64,000 nucleotides of DNA, taken from contig CP075494.1 of the NCBI GenBank assembly GCA_021613535.1, positions 5,828,001 through 5,892,000 of the forward strand, read 5' to 3'. Numbering within the stretch: the first letter of the stretch is position 1; every line of letters begins with the position of its first letter. The translations under genes and the position numbers were made by a program. The notes under the pieces were generated by a model. That model was not told the origin of the DNA. It was given only the letters and a program-made list of their open reading frames with translations, and did not search any database. Source of the stretch: Adineta vaga (Eukaryota; Animalia; Rotifera). Shown one piece after another: positions 1-11,618 of this stretch.

Positions 1-225
1 TACTGGAAAGTCATCGAACGATTTTACAGCTAGACAATATATAAAATAATCATTAAACAGTATATCGAATTCAAGTTTGAGGTAGTAGGTTTGTTAGCTT
101 TGTTTAACATATAATTAGCTAACTAACTTTATTACTTCATACAATGAACTTGAATATTCAAAATAAAAATTTTGTTGTAAAGTAAGTGTAATTCAATTCT
201 TTGAAATATGTTTATATTGAATAAA

Positions 226-1143
226 TTACTTTTGAAAGAACGTTTTTGCTTTTGAAAATGACCATAGAATCGATTTACCATAAGTAAATTTTTGTGCAAA
301 AAAATCTTCAATTTGTGTTTGCATTTGCGACCAAAATCCATCATTTTCCATAAGAGTATAACACCATCCTAATAATTGATCTTCATTCAACGATTTCATA
401 ATACCATATATTAAATTGTTCACACCAATCTTTGGTCGATAGATTCCAGTTCGTCTATTCGAGTATGAAATACTATTTACCATTGCTATTAATCCAATTT
501 TACCATAATAAGTTATTTCATTATCTACATGCGATGTCGTATTGTATGTCTTGAGTAAATCATGAAATTCTTCAATAACTTTTGTTCGTTTTTCATCACT
601 ATCATTCCATTTATTTGTACAAACAAGTGCCACAAAGATATTTGAATTTACACATAGACTAATTAATGGACGAATGTATTCATCTTTAGCAAATGAACCT
701 GGTGATGCACATAAAATCATACACATTGGATGTCTTTCATTAATAATATCAACGATAGTTTTATCCCATGTAGTAATACCTTTTGTATCCCAAATATTAA
801 TACGAAATGTTTGATCTTCTTCATTTTGTTCATTTGAACAATGACCTTCAAGTGAATAACATTTTGTTTCTAATGTTACAGCTGATGGACCAGACTTTGT
901 TGGAGCTAAATCTTTATTTATAATTGCATTGATTAATGTACTTTTACCGGTACGCGGTGCACCACAGACAACAAATGTAAATTCTTGTAATTTACTTTTG
1001 GCAGCATCAGCAATGAATTTTGGATTTTGAACCGAACATTCATGAATAGAACGTCGTAAATTTTTAGCAGCTACTTCGAGGACTACTTCCGAGTCTACAG
1101 AAGTAGTTTTTCGTAATTTTTCTATTGACTCTTTCTCATTCAT
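226..1143 (-). CDS. P-loop GTPase (TRAFAC, Era/IRG/AIG-like), paralog A, intronless
   Basis: G1 GAPRTGKST, G2 VT, G3 WDTKG, G4-like TNKWND. First ATG (MNEKES) at 1143. Aligns along its length with the GTPase domain at 1713-2680. Confidence 0.85.
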   Translation of the reverse strand: MNEKESIEKLRKTTSVDSEVVLEVAAKNLRRSIHECSVQNPKFIADAAKSKLQEFTFVVCGAPRTGKSTLINAIINKDLAPTKSGPSAVTLETKCYSLEGHCSNEQNEEDQTFRINIWDTKGITTWDKTIVDIINERHPMCMILCASPGSFAKDEYIRPLISLCVNSNIFVALVCTNKWNDSDEKRTKVIEEFHDLLKTYNTTSHVDNEITYYGKIGLIAMVNSISYSNRRTGIYRPKIGVNNLIYGIMKSLNEDQLLGWCYTLMENDGFWSQMQTQIEDFFAQKFTYGKSILWSFSKAKTFFQK

Positions 1144-1263
1144 GTGATATAGAAAAGAAATGTCGTATTTTATCAACAAAATTTCTGATAAAGATGATAT
1201 TTGTATACGAATGAAAGATAATAACAATTCTATATTCTTTTAGTTTTTTTTTATCTTCAAAGA

Positions 1264-2680
1264 ATGGTAAGTTTTCGATCTTGTTGCTTGCATTCGATCA
1301 GATCATGATTATAATGAATATAGGCTTCTGAAAAATGCACCATACAAGTTTATGTTCGTCGAACAGGCGAAATTGTACCAGTTGAAGTGACGTTTATGTC
1401 AACAACATTTGGTGATATCGTTAAAATCATATGTGAGAGAATTAATGAATCTGAACCAAGTCATTATTATATTTCATTGAATAACGAAACACAAATGTTG
1501 AATGATATGATATTCGAACCAAGACATGAAAATCAAAAATTTGAAATGATTTTGAAAACAAAATGGTTATTAGAACGTATTGCTGAACGATCAATTCAAA
1601 AAGAACGATTACAATCAAAAATAAGAGATGAACTTGAAGAAGACGATACTGTGATTGAAGGTAAAATTTATTCGAAAAAGACTCTACTGTCTAGTTTTCA
1701 TTATTTCTATAGAAGAATCAATTCCGAGAATAAATGTGAATACAACATCAGTCAAACAACCTATTATAACAATACCAGTGAATGAGCCCATCACAACATC
1801 ATCTGATATACTATCGACAACTTCAAATTCCTTTGACCAAAGAAATTCTACACAACAGAATAAAGTAATCTTAGGTAATGTTGTTCGGCAAACGATTCGA
1901 AAAATTCCAAGACATGATGTTCAAAAGTATCTTCATCGATCTCTTGAAAAATCGTTTGACATTCTTTTAATGGGATCACCTCGAGTAGGAAAAAGTACAT
2001 TAATTAATGCTATTCTTAAAAAAGATCTTGCTAAAACAAGTGCTGGACGTAATGCATGTACTAATGCTATGACCTATTATGAATATCAAGAAACTTATAC
2101 ATCAGCCGAAGATTCAAGTTCACCAATCACATCGAAGTGTTCCATTCGAATTTGGGATGCACCCGGTATTGAAGATTGGACAACACTTGATATTGCAAAA
2201 CATATTCAAAATTTAGTGAAAGAAAAAAATCCTATTTGTTTAATTTATTGTGCATCACCTGGTTCTTATGCTAATGTTGAACATATTAAAGTTGTTATTG
2301 AACAATGTAAAAAATTACGAGTATTTATTGCATTAGTTGTTACAAATATGTATGCTTCGGATGAAGTTGATGAAATTCTCGAAACATTCAAAGAACTTCT
2401 TTTAAACCATAGTGTTGAAACAAACGTTGTTGATGATGTTCATTATTTTGGTACGATAGGTCTTTGTGCAGCAGTAAATTCAGTTGTTTATGAAACTGAA
2501 GATGTTCAAATGCCACCAGCTGGTGTTGATGAATTAATGTTAGGTATCATGAATTCATTAAGTGAAGAGAAATTATTACAATGGTGTTTTGCTCTGATGG
2601 ATAATGGACCATTTTGGGTTCGAGCACAAAGTCGAATATGGAAAACTTTTAACTTATTTAAACGTTGGATAGGTTTTTAA
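1264..2680 (+). CDS. P-loop GTPase paralog B with N-terminal ubiquitin-like/RA-like domain; 3 exons (1264-1266, 1324-1660, 1713-2680)
   Basis: ATG followed by GTAAGT intron 1267-1323; second intron 1661-1712 joins ORFs 1387 and 1655 in frame. G1 GSPRVGKST, G3 WDAPG, G4-like TNMY. N-terminus CTIQVYVRRTGEIVPVEVTFMSTTFGDIVKIICERIN has a beta-grasp-like pattern. Confidence 0.8.
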
Positions 2681-3604
2681 TTATTTCTGTAAAAATTAAG
2701 CAATAATTATATTTTTATCATATAAATCATGAATAATTTCGGAAAAAACGACAATTCTCTGTTCATTATACAATGATTTAACCAAGAATGATCAACAGAC
2801 ATGCTATATATATATACATCTTATGTAAAAGTTATTAGCATTGATTGAATTTCCGTGTAAGAAAGTGTTTTTTTTCAATGATCATCTTTCAATGTATTGA
2901 AATGCGAACAAATTGTTCCTGTTGCAGATCTTTTTTTTCTGCTCTATCGACTCGCTTTCTTGCGACATTTTTTTTTCATTCGATTAGCTCATACATTTGA
3001 AGGAAAGAACGAGCATGCGTATATGATTCTCTTTTTCTTCTAACTTTCAGCATCTCGTCAAGCAAGAACGATTCATATTTCACTCTAAATAGCCTAATAA
3101 TTCTATCATCAATTGCTTGTCGTTCTTCATTTTCATATATATATTGACTACATGAATGTGAGAATTTATATTGATGAATCAATTTCGATTTGTTGCTTCT
3201 TTCTTTCGGTCTATTGAGATCGATAAACATATAGAGACTTTATAATATCGTGCTAAACACACGCGCACCGAAGCCACTTTCTTTTCTTAAAATGATAGTT
3301 CTTGTAAGATTTCTAATTTGTATTTTCCGTTTTTTGAATCGGTATTTACCATGAGTGTATCGATTTTCTCTTCACTCGTTTTTAATGATGTTTAGAATAG
3401 GAAATGATAAAGAACATACGAAGATGTTAATCAAGGACTCGACACGTCTTTGATGTTGACTAGAACGCTAAGGATTTGTTGTTTTTTCTCTTTGATAAGT
3501 ACTCATACAATATGTCGTGACAACTAGTATTTTCTTCTCTATAATTATATATAGAGAAGTTCGTTCCAATTGTCAAATCTTTGTTCATTTTAGCAACATT
3601 ATCT

Positions 3605-4574
3605 ATGGGTAATAAGGTCGTCGTTAAATCCGGAGCATCGAAAGATCTAACTTCACAAGGTTTGGAATTGTTATTTTGTTTCTCGATTTGAAATTTATTA
3701 AAATCATTTGATATTTAGCTTTAGCTTTGCTTAGAGCAAGTTCTAGTCTTAGCGAAGATGGTAAGGAAAAGCTTTATTTGTCCATGACATTTATTTTTTG
3801 TTTGCTTATTAGAAATCATCGATTTACATGCAGTATGTTTTCTACTCAACTAGTTCATTCATATTTGTTTGGCTTTTCTATTTCAAGGCTTTTTGGAATG
3901 ATTTTCCATCGGGTAGAATGGATAAGCAAGGTTTTATTAAATATTATGAGGAAATCAAAGATGAAAATGACAAAACTAATGTCCTGTGCGAGTAGGATTT
4001 CTTGGTTTCTTCTTTTTTTGACATGTCTATGATTTCATTTTTTCTTTTATTAAAGTCATGTCTTTGCCGTATTCGACAAAGATCATGATGGAACAATAGA
4101 TTTTTATGAATTTTTAATAGCAGTTGCAGCCGGCTCTCCTGGAGATTTGGATAGTCATCTTAACTATGTGTTTGAAATGTAAGAAATAAAATTCTATATA
4201 TGATATCATCAATATAAAAATGATCTATTCAGGTGTGATGTTTCGGGCGATGGAGAAATGGATTTACAAGAATTGGCGGCATTTTTAAAAGCTTCTGTAA
4301 GAAAAGAATGTTTTTCTCATGAATAAAAGATGTTTTCTTTTAGTTAACCATTGCTGGTAAATCGGACAAAGCAAATCATAGTTATCCGAGAGAATTAGCA
4401 GTTGGAGTTTTTAATACACTTGGTATTAGTGAAGATGAAAAATTGAATAGAGAACAGTTTATTCAAGGGTAATAAATCGATTTCATGTCATCTTTTCTTT
4501 TCCTAATGATCTATGATATTTTCAGATGTAAGAAAGATCCTGATCTGCGTGAATTATTTGGCGGTGGCCATTGA
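3605..4574 (+). CDS. Neuronal calcium sensor/recoverin-family EF-hand protein, multi-exon
   Basis: Spliced by eye: MGNK start, FWNDFPSG (CPSG equivalent), HVFAVFDKDHDGTIDFYEF, DVSGDGEMDLQE, ends LRELFGGGH*. Canonical short introns. Confidence 0.85.
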
Positions 4575-5134
4575 ATTCATCTCCAGACATGAGAACATTT
4601 TTGTATTAATTATTGAGTAAAATAAATGTTTTCATAGAATAAAAATTGTGTAAAATTATATCCATTTCATCGGAAAACATAGTGATTTTCATGCAAATTA
4701 TAGGAGATAAAACGACGGAAGAAGGATGGCTAATCCTAAAGGTTGTTGTCATGTTTACTTTGCATGACATGAATTGTCTATTGGAAATATTCTTCAAGTA
4801 ATCAAAGTTAATTCTCTGAAGAAAATGCGAATTATTATCTTCGTCAATGATCTGTTCTATTGAGTTATTTGCTTTTCAACCAATCAGATAAAAATTGATA
4901 TTTCTAAGTAACCAAATCATATCAGTATTGTTGTTGTACACAATAAATTAATAAAATTCGATAGAAAATCTTCGATTTCATCGTTGATTATTTTACTTGA
5001 AATGCAATAATGAAAATTGAACATGTATAAAATTACATCTTGATAGAGGTCTCTTTTGATTGGTTCATATTGTGAACATATTATGGTTGTCATGTCAGAT
5101 TTTCTGTTCATAGTTTTCCGATTTAATTTTAGCA

Positions 5135-6493
5135 ATGTCTGCTCATGAAGGTGTCAGTTGTGATGCCTGTGGTAAAAGTAATTTTCGTTCCAAACGTTAT
5201 AAATGTTTAATTTGCTATGATTACGATCTTTGCTCAACATGTTACGAACGAGGTGAAACATCGAGTCATCATACAACTGAACATCCTTTGCAATGTAAAA
5301 GGAAATGTTTTTTTTTGTTTTTTTTATTCAATTGGTTGTTTTCTTCTATCTCAGGTATATTAACACGTCAAGATTTTGATTTATATTATCATGGTGAACG
5401 ATATACATCTGAATTAGCTCAATCGTTCACATGTCCATTTTGTGGTGAGATGGGTTTTTCACTTCCGTTTCTCAACGAATCATTATCTACATCACAAAGT
5501 CTTGACTTATTTCATCATTTACAATTTAAACATGCTGATGAACAACAAACCAATGAGATTATCTGTCCAATTTGTGCTGCAATGACAAATGGTGAACCCA
5601 ATTTTGTCACTGCTGATCTTCTATCACATATTGCTAATGATCATCAACATCATCAACAAGTTCAAACGCCATCTACACCTGGTCTTGGAACCAACCCATA
5701 TTCTAGACAAACATCAAGTCGAGACTTTGATTTTACTAGTAGTGCTAGTACACGAGGTAGTTATAGACGAGGACCTTTACGAACACCAAGTCGACGAGGT
5801 GCATTAGGACGTGGTGGAGGAACTGTAAGTCAACATTTTGTTGTTGATACATCTTCTGTTAATGGCGGTACTGATCCTATTGCTGATTTATTAACACAAT
5901 TATCTGCTGTAAGAAGATTAGCAGCTTCAAATAATAATAATAATAATAACAATAATAATACGAATTCAAATTCATCTTCAACAACAATCAATCTTCAAAC
6001 TTTAACTCGACAACAATATGAACGTGAACGTCTTCGTTCAACGGGACGTTCTCATCATCATCATCATCACCAACATCCATTACAACAATCTCATTCGTCT
6101 CAACAGGCAACATCATCGCCATCAGTCTCGTCAAATACTACTTCCGGAGTTGAAAATGATTTTTTTGATTCACTTTTTTCATCCGCACTTTTTATTGATG
6201 CATCATCATCATCTCCATCTTCTTCATCTACATCAACAAATACTCAACAAACTTGGGCGCAAATTGTTGCTCAGCAGCAGCCCATACCAGACCAACAACC
6301 ATCATCGTCATCATTATCAACTACAGCAACAAAACCATCAATAACCGAATCAGATTCATCTTTATTGCGAAGACTATGTGATGATTCATCATCATCTTTG
6401 ACTTTGTCTCAACAAAATAAGCGTAAAAATGATTTTGTACAAAATTTGCTCCTTGCTAGTTTTGTTTGTCCACTGAATGATAACGATAAATAA
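5135..6493 (+). CDS. KCMF1: E3 ubiquitin ligase KCMF1 (ZZ zinc finger + Di19-type C2H2)
   Basis: MSAHEGVSCDAC..RYKCLICYDYDLCSTC, DFDLYY, QSFTCPFCG, ICPICAA, DPIADLLTQLSAVRR, FVQNLLL. Probable intron 5295-5354. Confidence 0.92.
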   Translation: MSAHEGVSCDACGKSNFRSKRYKCLICYDYDLCSTCYERGETSSHHTTEHPLQCKRKCFFLFFLFNWLFSSISGILTRQDFDLYYHGERYTSELAQSFTCPFCGEMGFSLPFLNESLSTSQSLDLFHHLQFKHADEQQTNEIICPICAAMTNGEPNFVTADLLSHIANDHQHHQQVQTPSTPGLGTNPYSRQTSSRDFDFTSSASTRGSYRRGPLRTPSRRGALGRGGGTVSQHFVVDTSSVNGGTDPIADLLTQLSAVRRLAASNNNNNNNNNNTNSNSSSTTINLQTLTRQQYERERLRSTGRSHHHHHHQHPLQQSHSSQQATSSPSVSSNTTSGVENDFFDSLFSSALFIDASSSSPSSSSTSTNTQQTWAQIVAQQQPIPDQQPSSSSLSTTATKPSITESDSSLLRRLCDDSSSSLTLSQQNKRKNDFVQNLLLASFVCPLNDNDK

Positions 6494-6703
6494 TATTAAT
6501 CTGATAGTTACTCATGCATATGACTCGTTTTTTCTTATTTAATTAGGTATATTTAATCCTACTATTCTGTATTTTTCATTGCAGATGTAACATTCCTCTT
6601 TTCCTTTTCTTTTTATTTGTCTCTTGTGCTCGGTTAATTAGTCTATATCATTATTTTCAATCAAGAACGAAGTCTGTATAGTTGTATATAAGAAAATCAA
6701 ACT

Positions 6704-9700
6704 ATGGATAAATCTCGTTTTGGAATTAAAACAACCGTCCTTAATATCGTTCTGGGACTGCTTACCATCGTCGAATATAATTATGCAGCGAATGTGAAAA
6801 ATAAAGATGATGTATTTAATATTAATATAACGATGCCAAACTTCAATACAACACAGGTAAAATATTAATTTCATAACGAAAAATAAAGATCATAAAGAAT
6901 TTAATTTCTATAGGAAGATCAGTATACTTTTCTTCAATATGAACTGCCGGATGAAGAATTAACTATTGGTAAGTTAAACAAAATAAATATGACTCATCTA
7001 ACATTCCTTTTTTTCTTACTAATATTACATAGTTGGATATACACCATTAATTAGCATGAATGCAGCACATCATATGTTAACATTTGCTTGTACTAAACCA
7101 GGTTCTAACAAACGAGTTTGGTTAGTTGTAATTCTATTATGGAAAATTCATATGAAACTGTATCTTTGCTTATGTATAGGTCGTCAGGACAAGCATGTAC
7201 TGGTAATGAACAATTAATTGTTCATGGGTGGGCTCGAAATGCACCATCAATGAGCTTACCTGATGGTTTGTGACATTTTTCTGAAAGATAGTTAAATATA
7301 TATATATATATCACGAGCTAATATTTAGATGTTGGATTTCCGGTTGGTCGTAATACGCCATACAAATATATTGTTATTAATATACATTATTTATCGAATG
7401 TTCTTAATGATAAATCAGGAAATCAAATTATAATGAGTCGAAAACCGTATGTTGACTAAATAGATTGTATTCAATATCGAAATGTTCGTTTTTAGGAGAA
7501 AATATCAAGCCGGTGTCATGTTAGCTGGTACAAGTCAGATCTATTTAAAAGCCAAATCACATTGTAAAGATGAATAAATTGATTAAAACAAATTTGATAA
7601 TCTTGTATTTTAGCTGTACGAACACCATTTTCATGCCGTTATAATGGTCCAACGCTTTCAATTTTTGCTGCACGTGTTCATGCACATCAATGGGGTATAG
7701 AAAATTTAATCGTTTTTTTTATCTATAAAATAATTACTTTATTTTTCAGCACGAGTCAATTCATTATATCGTGTACGCGATGGAGTCATAACACAAATAG
7801 TCAAAGGTGATCCACAGTGGCCACAATCATTTTATCCCCTTTCATCACCAGTAGAAATTCAAAATGATGATTATCTTGTTGGACAATGTGTTTATGATAA
7901 TGATGATGATCAAATTGTTCGAGTTGGGTAATGAGATTATTTGAAAGATATGCTTCATTTGTTTATTTGTTTTTCGTGTTTTGAATGTTAGACCAACACA
8001 TAAAGATGAAATGTGTAATGTATATGCTATGTATTCATTTGAACCGACAAAAACAGCTAAAGGAAAGCAGAAAACGGGCGAAACACCAATTCATTCATGT
8101 TGGGATAATGAATTCAGTTCATTAGTCAAGTAAGCATCTGTTTTAATTACAATCAATTTTTAAATCAGATCACATCTATTTTTTGTTTTCATTTTTAGTC
8201 TTATTCCACATGATAGTGAAGTTCCTCCACGTAAGCCATCTGATATTGGTGAAATAAATGGTGGTGGTCATCATACTCATGCTGAACATGCCATGAATCC
8301 ATCGATAGGTAATTCATCTTCAATATCCCTAATTTTCTCTATTCTTTACTGAGAATAGGTTCAGGAAAACATGCCTCGTCACCATCGGATGATGATCAAT
8401 CGTATGATGATTATATGGATGAAGTCGAAAATATGCGTCATCGTAATCGAGATTCAAATCCTTATGATATTAACAAAGTTTTAACTCATCTCGGTTTACC
8501 AGATTATGAATATGTTGATGCACAAAATTATGATTATCTTTTACCTACACATTTAACTTATGGGAAAGAACAAACTGTTAAATTACATAATGCAAAAATA
8601 AACAGCTGTGAGAATTGTTGTTGTCTTGTCGTTTGATGTGTAAACATTTGAAAATTGTAAATATTCATCGAGTTTTTGTTTCGTCTTCATATGTTTGTAG
8701 CGAATCTATATACATGTGTGGATACATGGCCTGATGTTAAGTCTTTACCTGGTCAACTTGGTGAGATTGGAGGATTAGCAATGAATAAAGAAAGTGATGA
8801 ACTTGTTGTATTTCATCGTGGTTCAAGAAAATGGGAAACAAAGTAAATTTAATATAATTTATTTCATGGAATTTGAACTAATCCCTTTTCTTTCTATGCT
8901 GTAGATATTTCAATGGAAACTATCGTTTTCGTAATGAAATGTATGGTCCAATCGATGAAGATGTTCTTCTTCATATTGATACACGTACAGGTCAAACCAA
9001 ATCGCGTTGGGGAGCAAAGATGTTTTACATGCCGCATGGTTTAACCATTGATCATGCTGGAAATATTTGGTTGACTGATATTGCACTACATCAAGTGTTC
9101 ATGTTTAAACCAAATGATTTATCACATCCTGCATTAACAGTAGGAGAAATGTTTCAACCAGGTTCGGGACCAACACAACTCTGTCGACCAGCAGATATTG
9201 CCGTGATGAAAAATGGCGATTTCTTTGTTGCGGATGGGTAAATGATTGAAAGAATTTCAAATTCAATTTAGAATTTTCGAGTGACTTTCAGATATTGTAA
9301 CAGTCGAATTATTAAATTTAATCGAAAAGGCGAATATATTACTGAATGGGGAACACCAGTGAATGGAATGCATGACAGTAAGTATGATAACGATGTCTTA
9401 ACATAATTTCTTAGATTATTATTCGTGCGAATAAAATCGAGATGATACAAAATATTTCGATTGATGCTTGAATAAATATAAGACTAGAATTATTTCACAC
9501 AAATAACTACTTCGAATATTGTAAATAATACGAATTCATAACGGAATTTCTTTGCTACAATCTAAATATTTAAACAATAGAAGTATTATATGTTCTCGGA
9601 AATTTTTCTTTAGATGATGGTTTTCCACTTCCGAACCAATGGAATATTGTTCATTCGATAGCATTGAATGAAGATGCTCAATTGTTATGTGGTGCCGATC

Positions 9701-10606
9701 GAGAAAATTTTCGTATACAATGTTTTAGTTCGAAAACTGGTGAATTTCAACGACAAATTCGTGTTGAAGAAAAAGACAATATCGGTCCTATTTATGCGAT
9801 TGAATTCGCACCTAATACCAATGGTTTGTCTCTTCAAAAATCAGAAATAATAATAGTTCTTATTCGTGAATATCCATTCTAGGAACAGTTTTGTTTGCTG
9901 TAACAGGTGGAGCAGAAACACGTGTCAAAAGAGTTTATATGATTGATGCACGATCGGGTGATATTTTAACATCATTCGATTCAAATCCGGTAAATAGATT
10001 GATTTTGAAAAACAAAATTTGAACATGAATTTGTTTTTCTTGTTTTTAGCATTTAAAAGCTCCACATGACATCGCTGTTTCATCGAATGGTCGTGAAGTT
10101 TATGTAGGTGAATTAGCATCATCACCAGTAAATGCTTTACATAAATTCGAGTTAGCTAAACGAAAAGGTAACAGTATAGATAATTTTCTATGTATAAAAA
10201 GTGAAATGTAATTCTTCTTTCAGATCTTCCGACACAAACGTTCAGTAAACGAATTTATCTTAATGATAAAAACTTTCGTGTTTCATTAATAATCATGGCC
10301 TTCTTTGCCATTCCAGTTCTTCTCGCTGTTATATTCGGCTGTCTAATTCGTATACGCAATCTTCGTAAACTTCGTCGTTTAAATACATTTTTAAGTGATG
10401 TGAAAACTAACAGTACAGCTCCGACATCTGTCCTCGGAGATTGGATGAATCGACGCAAAGGTTTCGAAAAATTAGATCAATGTTCCGATGGTGAAAATGA
10501 ACCATTAGAGAACGATTTGAATGATGATATTAATTCTAATGATGAAAGTAAACCACAACCAACAGTGAACAATAATATTGCATTTAAAATGGGCGCAAGT
10601 CTTTGA
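6704..10606 (+). CDS. PAM: Bifunctional peptidylglycine alpha-amidating monooxygenase (PHM + PAL + TM + cytosolic tail), multi-exon
   Basis: Signal peptide from ATG 6704. Copper ligands AAHHM, NIHY, VHAH, DEMCNVY. PAL motifs FYMPHGLTID, CRPADIAV, DGYCNSRI, ADRENFRIQCF. TM segment in last exon. Confidence 0.9.
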
Positions 10607-10801
10607 ATGTCATCTCTTTTCAAAAAAAAAACAACAAAACAAAACAAACAGTTCAAAAATCTGCTTCTTTTTTTCTTCTATTGTGCATTCATTGAAAGAA
10701 AAAAATATCTAATCATTGATCGATGTCTTTTATTTTTTGCCGAGAAAGAACATAAATAAACAAATAAAGAAATAATAATCTCATTCATTTTCCAGATTAA
10801 A

Positions 10802-11618
10802 ATGCCTTCAAAAAAACGTTCAAGACAAGATGACAATGATGATCAAGGTGAAGAAATGCAATCTATTCAAACTGATGAATCATTAATAAATAAAATTAAA
10901 CAAACCAAATCATCAGATAAACGATTGATTGTTGTACTTGAACAAGCTAATTTAGAAACAATTAAAGTTGGTAAAGTTTATGAATTATTAAATTGTGATC
11001 GACATAAAAATCATCTTCTAAAATATAAACGTGATCCCAATTCAAATGCACGACCAGATATTACACATCAATGTTTATTAATGTTATTAGATTCACCATT
11101 AAATCGAGCTGGATTACTTCAAGTAAGTTATTTTTTCAATTGAATATCTTCTATGAATAATGAAATTATATTAGGTTTATATCCATACACATAAAGGAAT
11201 ATTAATCGAAGTTAATCCTCAAACTCGTATTCCTCGAACATTTGATCGATTTGCCGGTCTGATGGTTCAACTTCTTCATAAATTATCAATTCGATCACAA
11301 GATACAGTTACAGGTGGTATCAAATTATTGAAAGTGATTAAAAATCCAATTACTGATCATTTTCCTGTTGGTTGCAAAAAGATTTCTACTTCATTTGGTG
11401 CAACGTCAACACGTCTTGTTAATGTTCGTGATTATGTACGAAATGAATGTGGTGAAATTGATCAACCCGTTGTTTTTGTTATTGGTGCTATGGCAAAAGG
11501 AAGTGTGAATATTGATTATCAAGAAGATACAGTATCAATTTCATCGTATCCATTATCAGCTGCATTAACTTGTGCAAAAGTTTGTGCAGCATTTGAAGAA
11601 AAATGGGATGTTCTTTAG
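10802..11618 (+). CDS. EMG1: Ribosomal RNA small subunit methyltransferase NEP1/EMG1
   Basis: [56 protein letters not shown]. Intron 11123-11174. Confidence 0.95.

Noticed and set aside
5929-6070. (AAT)n and (CAT)n tracts in KCMF1
   Set aside because: Ordinary poly-Asn and poly-His low-complexity coding repeats.
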